Assembly: GCA_008632985.1 (NCBI GenBank)
Contig: QPGO01000146.1
Location: 62,001 to 126,000 of the forward strand
Direction: 5' to 3'
Origin: Psammoneis japonica
Lineage: Eukaryota
Length of the DNA stretch: 64,000 bases
A program made the translations under genes and the position numbers. A model generated the notes under the pieces. It saw only the letters and a list, made by a program, of their open reading frames with translations, did not search any database and was not told the origin of the DNA. Within the stretch, counting starts at the first letter, position 1, and each line of letters begins with the position of its first letter. Below, piece by piece: positions 1 to 12,439 of the stretch.

Positions 1-88
1 TCTATCAACCTGACGCGGTATCGATGATTTGTATGCTCTACGCGCTGCTTTTATTTGAGCGTTTTATCATGCGAAGAACTGCAGGCTC

Positions 89-590
89 GAGAATTCGTCA
101 ATGCAACTATCTCTATCTCACTGTAGTCGTCACGATCAGTTTTGACCATGTCAAAATATTGCACTAGAAAGAAAAATCATGGCAACTCAACTGATAGTAA
201 CGACTAAAGTGACTTTTTGCTCTAAATCTCACATTGTTGCAACTCGTGTCGTCACGTGAAAGTGAAGGCTAAGACCACTCATTTCATCATGCCAAGACTC
301 GAAGTATAGAGAATTCGTCACTATGCACCTCTACTAGTTTTTCAATACAACTCTCTCTCTATTTGAAGTCGTCATTACGGAAGCAGTTTGCCCCCACGTC
401 AATCTACCTACTGCACTAGAAAGAAACAACACAGTAACTCATCTGATAAAGTACTTCTACATGCCTACTAACAAAGTAAAACTCATCTGACAGATACCTA
501 CTAAAGTGACTTTTTTGCTCTGAATCTCGCGTTGTTGCAACTCGTGTCGTCACGTACCTACTTTCCCCAATATCCATGTCTTAGACTACT
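89..590. repeat. Diverged tandem direct duplication (about 89-300 vs 309-590) just downstream of the RCC2-like gene
   Basis: Core actaaagtgactttttgctctaaatctcacattgttgcaactcgtgtcgtcacgt at 203-257 recurs with few changes at 500-555; gagaattcgtca and tgcactagaaagaaa are also doubled. Confidence 0.8.
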
Positions 591-597
591 CTTGCCT

Positions 598-2328
598 CTA
601 CTCACCGAGAGCACCACGAACCGCCTCTTCATCGACGGTTTCCAACTTGGCAATGGCCTCCTCATCTTGCTTGTCCTCTTGTAAAATACAATACACAGTC
701 GTTCCGTATCCACACGCCATGTCAAGGACACGACACTTGTCGAGTGCCGTGACAAAATCGGGTTTGGCACTGGATTTGCGATTCGGTCCAAACCCGAGTT
801 CTCCGTGCGGTCCCTGTCCCCACGCAATCGTGACGGCTTGATTGGTACAACACACTACGGATTGTGAACCACCACGCACATGTGTCACAACGTGTCCATT
901 GTTGGCCAATGCTTCCAACAAAGATGGACGCATAGTGGCTTCTCCAACGGAGCGGTGTTTGCCCCAATAATAGACATGACCATTTTGTGTCAAAACCATG
1001 CCACATTGGGCTCCCGCTGAAACTTGTACGGGATTGCCGAGAATTTTGTCTGTCAAGACGCGTGGATAATACTCATCCTTTTGAATGCCGTGTCCCAAAC
1101 AACCATAATCACCACAACCCCACGAAACGATACGGCGTTGTTGTTTGCCAGAAGTAGTACGTTCCGCTTCAATGGCAATAGTATGATGTTTACCACACGC
1201 AATGTATCCCAAACGCACATCTTCTTCCAAGAGTGGTTCCACTTTAGTGTCGGTGGTGCTTGCGCTTCCTTGTAGTACTTCTTGACAATACGTGGTTCGC
1301 TTGGTAAGGATGTTACAATTCGTAAAGGCCAATTTCGATGCCGTGACAAAATATTCTCCCGTTTCACCATTGGCCAATTGTCCAAATTCCGAACTCCCAC
1401 ACGTGTAGAGTTCACCTTGATCCGACAAGGCCACTGTAAAGTGTTCTCCACACGATACTTGAACCATGTTGATGTCTTGCATTCCCACACACTTGCGAAG
1501 CAGTGGTACCGTTTCGAGAAAACTCTTGATGGAACATTGTCCCAACTTGTTGTACCCACACGACCACAATTGACCGTCTTGATCCAATAATACAGAATGC
1601 GACTTGCCCACGGCACCCGAACAAATCACCGCATCCACATCGATACGTGTCGGGAGTGGCACGTTTTTCGGTAACTTATGTGTCAATTGACTCGCTTCAT
1701 TCCGACCCCAACCATAAACATGTCCTTGTGTCGTTATAGCAAACGCATGTGCCGCGTTGCATCCCGTCACTACAGATTTGATTTTTAGAGAGGTAGAAAG
1801 CACTGTGGGAACCATGAGATCGACATTTGGATCGAGTTGTGCCGCACGCTTTCGACCAATCGTGGTGGAATCCAAAGTACCCGATTGAACCAAGATACCG
1901 GAACGTGGTGGATTGGGTTTTTGTTTTTTCGATAGAGGTTTGGAATCATCATCATCTGTAGCAGAAGAAGTTGATTCAAACCACGGCATGTTTAACGGTA
2001 ACTTGTATTTTGCCGTCTCCTTGTCAACATCATCATCCTTGACGTCATCATCTTCTTCTTCTTCACCCATGCCTTCTTCCTTCATAAAATCTGCCCACGC
2101 CGTTGATACAGCGGCGGCTGGCTTTTTATCGTCTTCATCGTCATCATTCTGTCCACGAGATGATCGTATTCCACGTCCACGACATTCCATAATGGCAACG
2201 ACCGTTTGCTGGGATAGCCCAAGTTCTTGACTGAGTTTTTCCACGTCCTTTTGGGTACCAAAACCAGGACTTAGTACGATTGGATCACGGATACGAGCCG
2301 CCGAACGAGAAGAGCGACGAGACGTCAT
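598..2328 (-). CDS. RCC2: RCC1-repeat beta-propeller protein, RCC2/TD-60-like
   Basis: 576-aa ORF with multiple RCC1 repeats (VYGWGRNEASQL, VSCGEHFTVAL, SWGCGDYGCLGHG, AWGQGPHGELG, KSSAKP). Confidence 0.85.
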   Translation of the reverse strand: MTSRRSSRSAARIRDPIVLSPGFGTQKDVEKLSQELGLSQQTVVAIMECRGRGIRSSRGQNDDDEDDKKPAAAVSTAWADFMKEEGMGEEEEDDDVKDDDVDKETAKYKLPLNMPWFESTSSATDDDDSKPLSKKQKPNPPRSGILVQSGTLDSTTIGRKRAAQLDPNVDLMVPTVLSTSLKIKSVVTGCNAAHAFAITTQGHVYGWGRNEASQLTHKLPKNVPLPTRIDVDAVICSGAVGKSHSVLLDQDGQLWSCGYNKLGQCSIKSFLETVPLLRKCVGMQDINMVQVSCGEHFTVALSDQGELYTCGSSEFGQLANGETGEYFVTASKLAFTNCNILTKRTTYCQEVLQGSASTTDTKVEPLLEEDVRLGYIACGKHHTIAIEAERTTSGKQQRRIVSWGCGDYGCLGHGIQKDEYYPRVLTDKILGNPVQVSAGAQCGMVLTQNGHVYYWGKHRSVGEATMRPSLLEALANNGHVVTHVRGGSQSVVCCTNQAVTIAWGQGPHGELGFGPNRKSSAKPDFVTALDKCRVLDMACGYGTTVYCILQEDKQDEEAIAKLETVDEEAVRGALGE

Positions 2329-2549
2329 TGTCTGTGAAGTGATTTTGATGAAAAGAAGAAGTCAGTTTGTACGGTGATTTGTACCAGAATCTACGTGGAC
2401 TGGGGGTATCCAAAGATACCTCCGGGTGATGCAAACGGACAGACTGACTCCTCGGATTTGATATTTGAATATCCGGGTTTTCGATTCCACGTGGAAGCAA
2501 ATTCGATTTTTCGGAAATCACACACAAAAAAACACAGCGAGAAAGCACC

Positions 2550-4370
2550 ATGACGACGCTACTACTCTTGTTAGTATTGTTTGCTTTCGTGTCATGCTTG
2601 ACTGTAACAACAGAGGCTGCAGTACCGTTTTGGAATAAATCATCATCCTGGACGTCGTTTGCTCGCAGCAGACAACAACAACAATACAAAAGATGGTTGC
2701 CAGCACGATTGCGTCGTCTCAACACAAAAACTGCTACAAAACCGACGGCTCTTGCCTCGAGTAGTGCAAAGACGACAACGACAACTACTCTAGAATCTAC
2801 ACCACCAGCAGCAGCACCCCTGGAAAACATACGTTTGAACGAATCCTCCTCCTCCTCCTCCAATTTCAATGCCAACAATAGAATGAGCACTCATCATCAC
2901 AACAATCACAATAATTGGAAATCCCTGTCGACCATGGTATTATCACAATTGGTTCAAAAATACGGTCGTGCCATTCTCTTTAGTGTCCAAGTGGGATTGG
3001 GTTGGTTTTTACTTTCCAAACTCGTCAAGGAATTATTCAATGAGGAAGAAGATTTGTTTTGCCATGCCGTGTCCGACGATCGAATCAAGCGATTGGCGGA
3101 ACGATTGGTACAAGCGGGCATGCCCATGCAGTTGACTGACGGGTAGCATCCATTCCGTCGAAACCGTCTTGAAGAAGATTACAAGAAAACAAGCACAAAT
3201 GTTGGAACGTATCTTGTATACTCCTTCGGATGATGATTGGAAGGACATTGTGGGTCATGATGCCATTCAAGAATCACTTTTGGATATTGCGTGTTTGTTC
3301 AAGTCCAATCATACCTCATCATCTTGGTCCAAATTGATTCAACCACCCTCGGGTATCATGTTGTATGGTCCACCGGGATGTGGCAAGAGCATGTTGGTAC
3401 GTGGATTTGCTTCCATGACTCAAATTCCAACACTGCTTGTCAGTCCATCCCGATTGCTGGACAAGTACATTGGTGAATCCAACAAGGCGGTACGAACCTT
3501 GTTTGAGCTAGCTCATTTACTCAGTCCCTGTATGATCTGTATTGAAGAATTGGATGGACTCTTTAAAGAACGATCATTACAAGAACATGATGTTACGCGA
3601 GAGTTAAAAACGGAATTCTTGTCTCTATGGGATAATAATCATGATGGTGATTCGAAAATTGTTATTGTCGGAACAACCAATCGTCCGTTTGATGTCGATT
3701 CGGCCGTGTTGAGACGAATGCCCGTTTCGTATTTTGTGGGTCTACCGGATGCACAAGCACGAGGTACTCTGATTCGCACGTTGCTACAAGACATTGCTCT
3801 CGAACAACATTCTCCAACATGCAACAATTATGCACCCAACGTTATCAAGATTTAGTACAAGAAACGCAACATTATTCGGCAAGTGATTTGCATCAATTGT
3901 TGCGTACGGCCGTCACGATGGGACCCGTACGAGACGCACGACGCATGAATATGTTGTCCAACAAGAATCACAAGCCACTCGTACTACGACCACTGTCTCG
4001 AAATGATTTGGAACGTGCCTTGCAACAAATACGACCGACACCATTGACACCACAGTATCAACAAGCACTGCAAGACTTTGCCAATAAAAGAACGAATGCT
4101 GGTGGAATTGGGTATAATAATAACAATGATGCTACGACGTCGTCGGGTGAACAACAACAACAAGAGCAAGAGCAGGTCTTTTACAATATGGGAACACTCC
4201 ATGCACCCTACTTTGAGAATGCTCACGATGCTGCTACAACCGAAAAAACCAATACCAATGCGGACCAAGAAGAGCAAGACGAGTTTTCGTCCATGGAAGA
4301 CGATGATGATGACTTTTGGACCGAGGAAGACTATGATGATTTTTCACAAGATTTCGAGGAAGAAGAATAA
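2550..4370 (+). CDS. AAA+ ATPase, Msp1/ATAD1-like, with N-terminal hydrophobic segments; split over three frames by two apparent 1-bp indels (about 3143 and 3835)
   Basis: Walker A GPPGCGKS, Walker B ICIEE, sensor/SRH GTTNRPFDVDSAVLRR, AAA lid YSASDL in the third frame, acidic C-terminal tail. Confidence 0.8.
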
Positions 4371-4499
4371 CAACAGGGATTGCGGCCCTCTCTCTCTAGA
4401 GATATATAGAGAGAAGGGGTTTTTAAAAAGTTATAGATGTGCATAATATGAATATGTAGATGAATTTCGCGAGCGTTGTAGGTGATTGGTTTGGCTAGT

Positions 4500-7400
4500 T
4501 CGTGAAGAGTGGGTATCGTCCTGGATCAGTTGGTTCGTATTCGCTAGGAGCTGATCGTGCATTGACAAATCCGCATGCTTTGGAGTGTGGCCTTTGCCAT
4601 TTGTTTGATGTCTTTCTGGACATCTGACATGGGAAGGCTTGTGCTTCCTTTTCAATCAGGCCATCACACGAAACCACTGCAGGAGAGAAGTGACGGCATT
4701 GCTCAAGACATGGCTTGAGACACCCTCACGATTCTTTTCTTTCTCATGGTCCAGCAAGACTTGTTTGGGAGTCTTGGAAGTGCAGGAGGACAGAGCATCA
4801 ATGTGTCAGCCACTCCAACATCCTCCATCATCAAGTCTGTGCTTCTGTTGAACATTCCTCTGGCTGAAAGGTCTCCACAGTCACCATCTCTTGACTTTCT
4901 GCCAACAGTGACTGGGCTTGATGGGCCATTTGGTTGACTTGTGGTGGTTGGGCTTCTGGAGGTGCAGCCAGTGGGGTTGACAAGAGGTTCATTGCACACT
5001 GTGGAGGGCTTGAGTGCCAAAGTGCACAGGGTGGTGATGGCCAAGCTCATCTTGGATCTTGTTGTGTTGAGAGACAACTGGTCTGCTCTTCTTGTGTTGA
5101 AGGGCATGTTGCATGGAGAACTTGCAGTTGCAACCATCACAAGCCTTGGGCATGTTGGGGGGCTCTTTGCCACAGCACAAGAAGAGGGCATCTCAAAATT
5201 CGTGACACGAAAGTTTGGTGCACCATTTAGTGTGTGTGGGTGCACCTGGCAGCCAAGCACCAGTTTTGGTGCTGTGCCATGCTGCATGGGCTTCAAGATT
5301 GGGTGGAGTGCTGAGGGTGGATTTGAGTGCATCCCCGTGCTTTTGGATTTCCTTTCAGTGACTGTTGCTTTTGCCTTGTGCACTGTGTCCTTGTGGACTG
5401 CTGTGGCAAATTGTGCACAGCCATGGAGTGGGTCAATCATGTGAGAACATGTGAGAGTGCTTGTGTCACAGCTCTGCTTTGCTGACACTGTTGAACATTG
5501 GATGGATGGTCCTGCCAATTTGATTTGTGGGATGGCAAGGGCTGGCCCTCTTGGGTTGTCGTCTGTCAGAGTCTTGCCAACAAGAAGTGTGCCAGTGGGA
5601 ATTGGCATTTGATCCCTTCTTCCACATCAGCAAAGGAGTCACCACAGTCATTTGCCATGCATGAACACATTGACACTTGTGTTGCAAGGACTTCTGCAGA
5701 CCTGCACAGGCTGTCTGTGGGTGGTGGGCCACCATCTTGGCCAGTCCCTGAATGACCAACATCCACTTTTTGGTCTTCTCTGCCATCCGTTCATCAAAGG
5801 CTTGCCTTTGCTTCTCCTGCGAAGCCTCCCAGCTGGCAGCTTCCAGCTTCAATGGCAAAGCCGAGGTCTCCGGGGCATTTCCTGGCATTCTCCAAGCTGT
5901 GTGCTGGCACTGCTGGGACGTTCTTGGAGTTGTTGGCAGGGTGGCATCCATGCCTGGGTCCATTGGCTCGTGGAGTCAAGAAGAAATTTCACAGGAAATG
6001 AGGTTTCTCTGCTCCTGCAGAGTCATCGGCGTGCCACGGAGTGAAGGCATCATCAGGGAAATGCTTGCTCATCTCTTGGGTTGGTGGGAGAAGTCCCAAC
6101 CCACATGCAACCATGCTCAGTGGATTGCCTTGCACAACACCTTCCTTGCGGTGAAAAGGAGTGTGTGCGTGCTGAGGTCATCATGGATGATCAAGATGCT
6201 CCAGTGCTTGTGCAACAGCTGAAGGTGAGCTGAGTGCCAAAAGGCCATTCATGCCTGGCCATGAAGAGCATGAGCATCCTGTTCTTCTCATTGAAACAAT
6301 CAGAGGCATTGACAAAAAGGAACCCACAGTCATCCTTGAATTTGTGTTGTTCCCAGAGCAAGTTCATTGCATGAACGCTGCCTTCGATGCCTGTTTCCAA
6401 ACCAGCACACAGCTGATCAGCTCCACAAGCTTCTTTGGCTTTTGCTCCAGAACCAGGCAGATGCCCAGATTTTTGCCCAGTGCAATGAGTCTCTTTGCCA
6501 TGAGAGCCCAACAGGCTGCCCAAGGGGGTGACTCATTTGCTGGCCAATTTGTGAACATGCGTGATGCATCCTGAAGCAATCCGCTGGCTTTCCCATGATG
6601 GAGAAGCCACCCCAAAACCATGCTGGCATCGGATCTGCCAAGTCCTGTGCTCCCTGAAAGTCTTCGTGCAACAGCATCAATGGTGCTGTTGGCAATGATT
6701 GCATCTTGGAGTTCAGGCTGTTTGCAACAAAAATTGGGAAATTGGTTTTCTTTTGGGATCCTTGAGTTTGGATGTTTTGGTTCAAAGACTTTAAAAACCA
6801 TGTCCTCAGTCTTCTTGTTGATGTCATCTGGTGATGGAACTCCACCTTTTTTCCTCTCATCAATGCACCTGGCTGCACCTTCTGGGTTTCCTCCTGGCAC
6901 CATTCTGTTGAATTTTTTGGGGCACACTGCTTGGGCATCTTGTCCCTTTGAATGGATTTGAGATTGCCAACAAGCAACCACTTGGCAGATTCAACCAGCA
7001 TTTTGTGTTTGTCTGCACCCCAATCATCCATGTGCTGAGTGAGAAGTGATCTGATGTCCTGTGCTCCTTTTGCGTCTGAGCTCCATTTTCAGCATCTTGA
7101 CCCCATGCAGTGACTCTGCTGGGAATGTGTTTGGTGGGGCACTGGCCGGCACCAATGCTCTTGCCAAGTTGAGTCATTCACAACTCCGCCATCCTCAGAT
7201 GAGTGCCGTCATTTAGATTGTGTTTTTTGCTGCATGCCTTGCAAATGAGTCACTCTGCATCCATGTTGAAGCCATTGGGTGTGTCATTGGTTTCAACCTG
7301 TGACAGGATTTTGACTCCCTCTGATTCTCCTTCAATCCTTTGCTTGTGCTCTTCCACTTGAGGCAGTGTCAACTTCCTCACCAGCTCTGCCCTCATCAGC

Positions 7401-7650
7401 ATCCTTTGCTTGATTGTTGGGCATGGTGGTGTTTTCCTTGTTGGCATTGGTGGTGGCCTTGTCTTTTGCTTGTTTGTTGGCAGCATCAAAGGCATCGTTG
7501 ATGAATTGACAAATTTTCAGCTGTGATGGACTGGAATCTGGAGAGGTCAGAAGTCTCTGTGACTTCTCATCCAAGCTCTTGTTGCTTGAGCTGCAAGCGG
7601 GAAGTCCTTCTTTGTTCTTGCACTTGTGGCTGGCAGCAGACACAAGAGGC
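4500..7650 (-). mobile_element. Degenerate non-LTR retrotransposon with RT and C-terminal restriction-like endonuclease (CRE-like clade); ends approximate
   Basis: Minus-strand remnants QLCAGLETGIEGSVHAM, FLFVNASDCFNE, EGVVQGNPLSM, PWHADDSAG (YADD box, 6022-6033), CDGCNCKFSMQHAL...HNKIQDEL zinc finger, GDLSARG...DVGVADT RLE motif, CGFVNAR near the 3' end; many frameshifts. Confidence 0.8.
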
Positions 7651-9133
7651 GCATGTGTGGTCGGTCATGTTTGAAGCATGAACAACCACACGTTTGGTGG
7701 GTTGACCACAAGGTGCAACTGCAGCATGTCTCTCTGCTTGATTGCTGCTCCAGACAATTTTTTTGTAATTTCTTGTGCAGGTGGCAGAGAATTGTGTTGT
7801 GTGTCTTTTTTGATTGCCACATCCACGCCATTTTTCTGGAAAAAAGGAGCAAAACGACAGATGACAATCACATTTGCACATGTGTCGCAGAGACTGCAAG
7901 ATGACCAGATGGGTCCACTCTGCTGGCTCTGCTCTCTGGCAGCCACTCTAGAGTGGAGGGCCTGCTGGTGGAGAGATGACATGCAAAGTGTTGTTGTTCT
8001 CTTGGTTGGGGAAACCAGTGCATGTGCTTGAGAATGTTGCCTGCGTGGATGTGTCAGTGCCACACATCACACTCTGAGCACTGCACAGCCTCACACCAGG
8101 AATGGCCCTGACACACAATGGCCAAACCCGGATGGTCTAATTTTCATTGACTGCCAAAAGCAGTCTCCACGAGGAAGTGTGTGTGCCAGAGCAACAGACT
8201 GCTCCGGGTCAGCAGTCTTGGAAAATTGAAGCCGGCTCGTCCAATCTTCCAAAGCTGCTGCTTGCTGCACAATTTTCTGCATGCAGCAGGGGGACAAGTG
8301 GCTGGAACAATTCAACCAAAAACATCTTTTTTGCTCATTTGTCTGCCATCCACATTTCTCATGCTTTTTGAGTTGATGCAAATGCCTGGTGTGGGCCATC
8401 GTGGTGAGTGCACGGGCGGCTGCCAGGTCGTCAATGTTGATGTGGGAGATTGCATCATTGCACAAACATCTCTGTTGTCCCTGTTAGAAGGCATCTGTGG
8501 CATGACACAACTTCCCAGTTTTGGCTTGAGAGTGGGCATCTTGGCTCCCCTCACTCTCTCCTCTCAATGAGCATCACTTTGCTGTTTGCTGCCGCTGCTG
8601 CCACGAAGGTGCCCAAGACCTCACTGGCACCACCAGAGAGGCTCATGACAAGGTTCACTCATTCATTGAATGACTCGATGTCAACAAAGGTGACTTTGAT
8701 GGTGTGATCCCCAGAAAAAATGTCCTGGGCAGTGGGTCACAACAGAGGGATCGAGCAGCTCCTCCTTTGCATCCCTGGCATGCTCCGCGCTTTGGCAAAT
8801 TCCCACAATTTGGCCGCACATCATTTCATGTTGCATGTGGGCACAGCACCACACAGAGAGAAAACAAAAAAAGCTCACAGTCAGCAAAAGACAAGTGACA
8901 TCTGCCAAGCGGTGCTGGTGACGGCTGCTCCGGAGGGTGTTGCAAACATGAGGAGGGCGCAGCCACAGCGAAGGCACCAGGTCCTTCGTGATGACAGAGA
9001 GCTTGGATGCCGCAAATGGAACAAAGCAGTTGAAGTGCAAACTTCAACGTCTGTGTTTCCTCCTGCACCCAAGAGAGCCAACTCTTTCACTTCCAAAGCA
9101 CGAGCTGTGCTGTGGTCTTTCCCATGCATGCAT
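4550..9133. other. TpA-depleted hypermutated domain A
   Basis: About 7 TA dinucleotides seen by eye in roughly 4.6 kb, mostly TTAG/TTAA/CTAG/CTAA; flanks have normal TA frequency. Confidence 0.9.
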
Positions 9134-9783
9134 GTAATTATTTGGAAAAAATGCATTGCCCGCCTACGTACGATAGAGATCTTGCTTTTGCGCGATTACT
9201 GGAGCACAGTAACTTGAAGTTCAATATGAGATGACGTGGATTACCAAGCGCGTGGAAATCTATGTACGGACATTCGAAATTCTCATAGAGACAGTGACGT
9301 GTCAACAATTTGACAAAACATGAGAATCCTGGGATTCTGTCCTGAACAGAAATATTACCTAGTCTACTGTACCTTTCTACAGTGATACGGCACGTTCTCT
9401 GCGAAGGTGGAACAAATGCGAATTCTGACGTCCCGGAGAACAAGTCATTAAGTAATTTCCATGACGCACCCCATATTTCTAGATAACAAATGACATTGAT
9501 TTGCGAATTATTTAGATAGAAAGAAGTTATTCTTCGTGTCAGTCAAACGTCAGTCAAAAAGAGATAGCCAATCAAAACGCACGTCGCTCGATGCCGCTGT
9601 TCTTCACTCCGCAAAAGCTGCACCCTGCGACTTTTCTACGACACTTTTATACGGAGGAGCGACAGTAGATCGACGCTCAGCTTCAAGTTTCGCCCTTCTC
9701 ATTTTTCCCCTTTCGCTGCGAATCGCTTGAGAAGAAGGCCACTCTCATTTATTCCAAATCGCACTTGAACATCGCGATCACTC

Positions 9784-11041
9784 ATGATCTTGATTCACCA
9801 AATGCCCCCAAGTCCACAGTTTCGTTCCACGGCCGGCAATGGATCGACTGCTGACAAGAAAAACGTGAATTTCTCTGCGACAGGCTCCGACGGAGGAACG
9901 AGCAGCGGCGATGACCTTCTACCTGCTCCTCCAGCATTCGTCGTGAGCAATCCAACCGCATCCAACAACGTGATGCTGGTGGATCCTTCCAGTCAAGTAC
10001 AACAAGATCTTTCAGCGAATGCTCTTGTTCAGCAGTATGCGCTGGTTGCACTGTATCAACAACAGCATCAGCAACAACAGGCATCGTTACTACCTCCTCC
10101 TGTTTTTGTTCCTCCCCCGCCGCGTCCTCCTCCGTCAACCTATCGAGACTACTCTGGCGTAAAGGCCCCTGAGCAAAGCGAGGAGTCACTTCTTGAGACT
10201 AGTCTCAGGGAACCCACCTTCCCCGTCAAGCTATACAACATCCTTTCAAACCCAGAATATCAAGACATTGTATCCTGGCTTCCTCATGGACGTTCGTGGC
10301 GAGTGAAGAAACCCGTTGCGTTTGAAGAAAAGGTCATCCCTCTCTTCTTCAATCACAAAAAGTACTCATCGTTCAAGAGACAAGTCAACGGATGGGGTTT
10401 TCAACGTGTGACGGAGGGAGTCGATCACAATTCGTATTACCACGAGGTAAGAACTCTTATACAAGTTGAAGTTTTTCTTTATATGAGAAGAAGCAATATA
10501 TATTCTGACGATTATTTTCTTTCCATACTCTTATTGATTACAGATGTTTCTCCGTGGTATGCCACATCTCTGTCGAATGATGCGTAGGTCATCGACAGTA
10601 ATCAAGAGAAATCGTCTAGTGCATGTGATGCAACCCGAAAACCCGGATTTCTACAGAATCAGTGAGGTTGCTCCACTACCCGGCGATTGCCAACAACAAC
10701 AACAACAACAACAACAACAAGACAGCGATAGCAAGCTCCCTGCTGCTCAAGTTGTTGCTCCAGAAGAAAACCAAGAGACGCGATTGTCTCAACCCACAAC
10801 AAGTCCGACTGTTGTGGCTTCATCACCTTGTGTCAATCATGATGTTACCACCCAAGAACCTGCTGGTTTCGTCAGCAATAACGAGGCTCTGGAGCTTCTA
10901 GTGACGGCTCCATCCCCGGCCCCGCAACTTCTTGGACCTGAGCAGTCACAACGAGAAGCTAACAATAATGTCACGGACAATAGCATGCCTACTAACCTTA
11001 CCGCGGAGGAAACTGCCCTATACAAGTTTTGGGACAACTAA
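9784..11041 (+). CDS. Heat-shock factor (HSF)-type transcription factor, 2 exons (intron 10447-10543)
   Basis: FPVKLYNIL...IVSWLPHGRSW...YSSFKRQVNGWGF...YYHE|MFLRGMPHLC joined by a GT..AG intron; poly-Q tract from a (CAA)n repeat at about 10691-10720. Confidence 0.9.
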
Positions 11042-11420
11042 AATCGATACCAATGGAAAACAAGAAAAAATTGTACAGTTCACATTGTCTATATCCCAGC
11101 ATCACGCCAGGTTCGAAAAAATTAAGCAATCTCGCTTACCCAAATCAATTTTGCAATTCTGTAAATAATATTGTAAATTCATTCAATAGCAGATCTGAAA
11201 CAAAACAATACTATTCTCAATCATTTTTAATCCTTTATTGAACTTGTCTTAACCTATCCATTCAAACACATGATCGAGCTAGAGCTGTGGACATGTCACT
11301 CTTTACGAAACAAAACCTTATGTCTTAACCTATCCATTCAACACATAATGATCGAGCCATATCTGGGGACATGTCACTGTCGTTGGTCGTGTGTAGATAT
11401 AGAAGCCTTGTTTACGCATA

Positions 11421-12194
11421 TTACTTTTTGTTCCCCTTTACCTTGGCCAAGGCTGCCTTTTGAGCCGGCGTCAGTTCCCTTTTCTTTTGTGGTTTTGATT
11501 TTCGTACATCCTTTCTACTACTACTAGTATTCATGTCCCACCCAACCTTGTCGTCTGCCCCAACGGCACGTTTGGCTTCAAAAAGGATATTGCACGGTGA
11601 TATTGGAGGAACAAGCTCGTCTTTGTTATCGGATTTCGACTTGTCATGTTTGGAAGTGTTTGCAATTCCCAGCGACGCTCCGCTCTTGGCCAGTCGATTG
11701 ATCCATTTCGGATACGATTCTAATCGAGCACTAGTCGAGTCATCGTCGGTGACATCGGCCAGTTTGTCATGCAACAAGAGACTTGTGGCAAAGGTTTCTG
11801 TAAAGTGGTTGCAATTTCGATACACCAAATGATAGGACGTTTTTGTAAAGAATTGCTTGCTCAGCGTCGAGACAATTTCATTCACTCTGCCAGAAGCCAA
11901 TTTACAAAATCCGAGCGAAATGGTTTCTTTGAAAACCGCATTGGCTGGAACGCCGACATTGGATGACTTTGTCTTGATGATACCGCCTCCTCCCCCACAA
12001 AAGGTGTAATTGTAGCCACGAAATCCAATCGAGGTATGATAAACACCCATGCCCATGGGTGTCAACATGCGAGCAAAAAACCCCGTCATGGATCGACTAG
12101 TAGTACTACTACTACTACTCTGCTGTTGACTATAATCGTCAGGGTTTAATTCATAGACTCGGAGAACGACATCGTCGTCTGGAGCGGAGATCAT
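11421..12194 (-). CDS. PPPDE/DeSI family peptidase (deSUMOylase/deubiquitinase-like)
   Basis: VVLRVYEL, GVYHTSI (catalytic His), YHLVYRNCNHFT (catalytic Cys), PKWINRLA. Confidence 0.85.
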   Translation of the reverse strand: MISAPDDDVVLRVYELNPDDYSQQQSSSSSTTSRSMTGFFARMLTPMGMGVYHTSIGFRGYNYTFCGGGGGIIKTKSSNVGVPANAVFKETISLGFCKLASGRVNEIVSTLSKQFFTKTSYHLVYRNCNHFTETFATSLLLHDKLADVTDDDSTSARLESYPKWINRLAKSGASLGIANTSKHDKSKSDNKDELVPPISPCNILFEAKRAVGADDKVGWDMNTSSSRKDVRKSKPQKKRELTPAQKAALAKVKGNKK

Positions 12195-12439
12195 GGTCGA
12201 TCGAAGATAACAGCGCGCTCCAAAGAAAAAAAAATGGCAGGACACGGAACGACATTGCGCACTCAACGCTATTAATTTAGCTACATGAATGGAGACGTTA
12301 TAATATCTGCGTTCTCTCTCAGAGACTTCCCTCCACTACCGGTATTTTGATTTTGATTTCTTTCTCTGCTCGCCGTTGTGTTGGTTGGTTTTAGAGCTTT
12401 TCAATCCATCTCCTACTTCTTTGTCGAAAAACATACAAC

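Noticed and set aside
4550..9133. ADAR-type editing of retroelement RNA
   Set aside because: Both A>G and T>C occur on the same strand, and non-retro gene duplicates with flanking DNA are equally affected.
4703..9217. The many 100-300 aa overlapping ORFs in the deserts as real genes
   Set aside because: They are by-products of TAA/TAG loss; only the fragments with TE, ERI1 or METH motifs are supported.
10691..10720. (CAA)n microsatellite and similar (TAC)n or (TCC)n runs
   Set aside because: Ordinary coding poly-Q or poly-S tracts.
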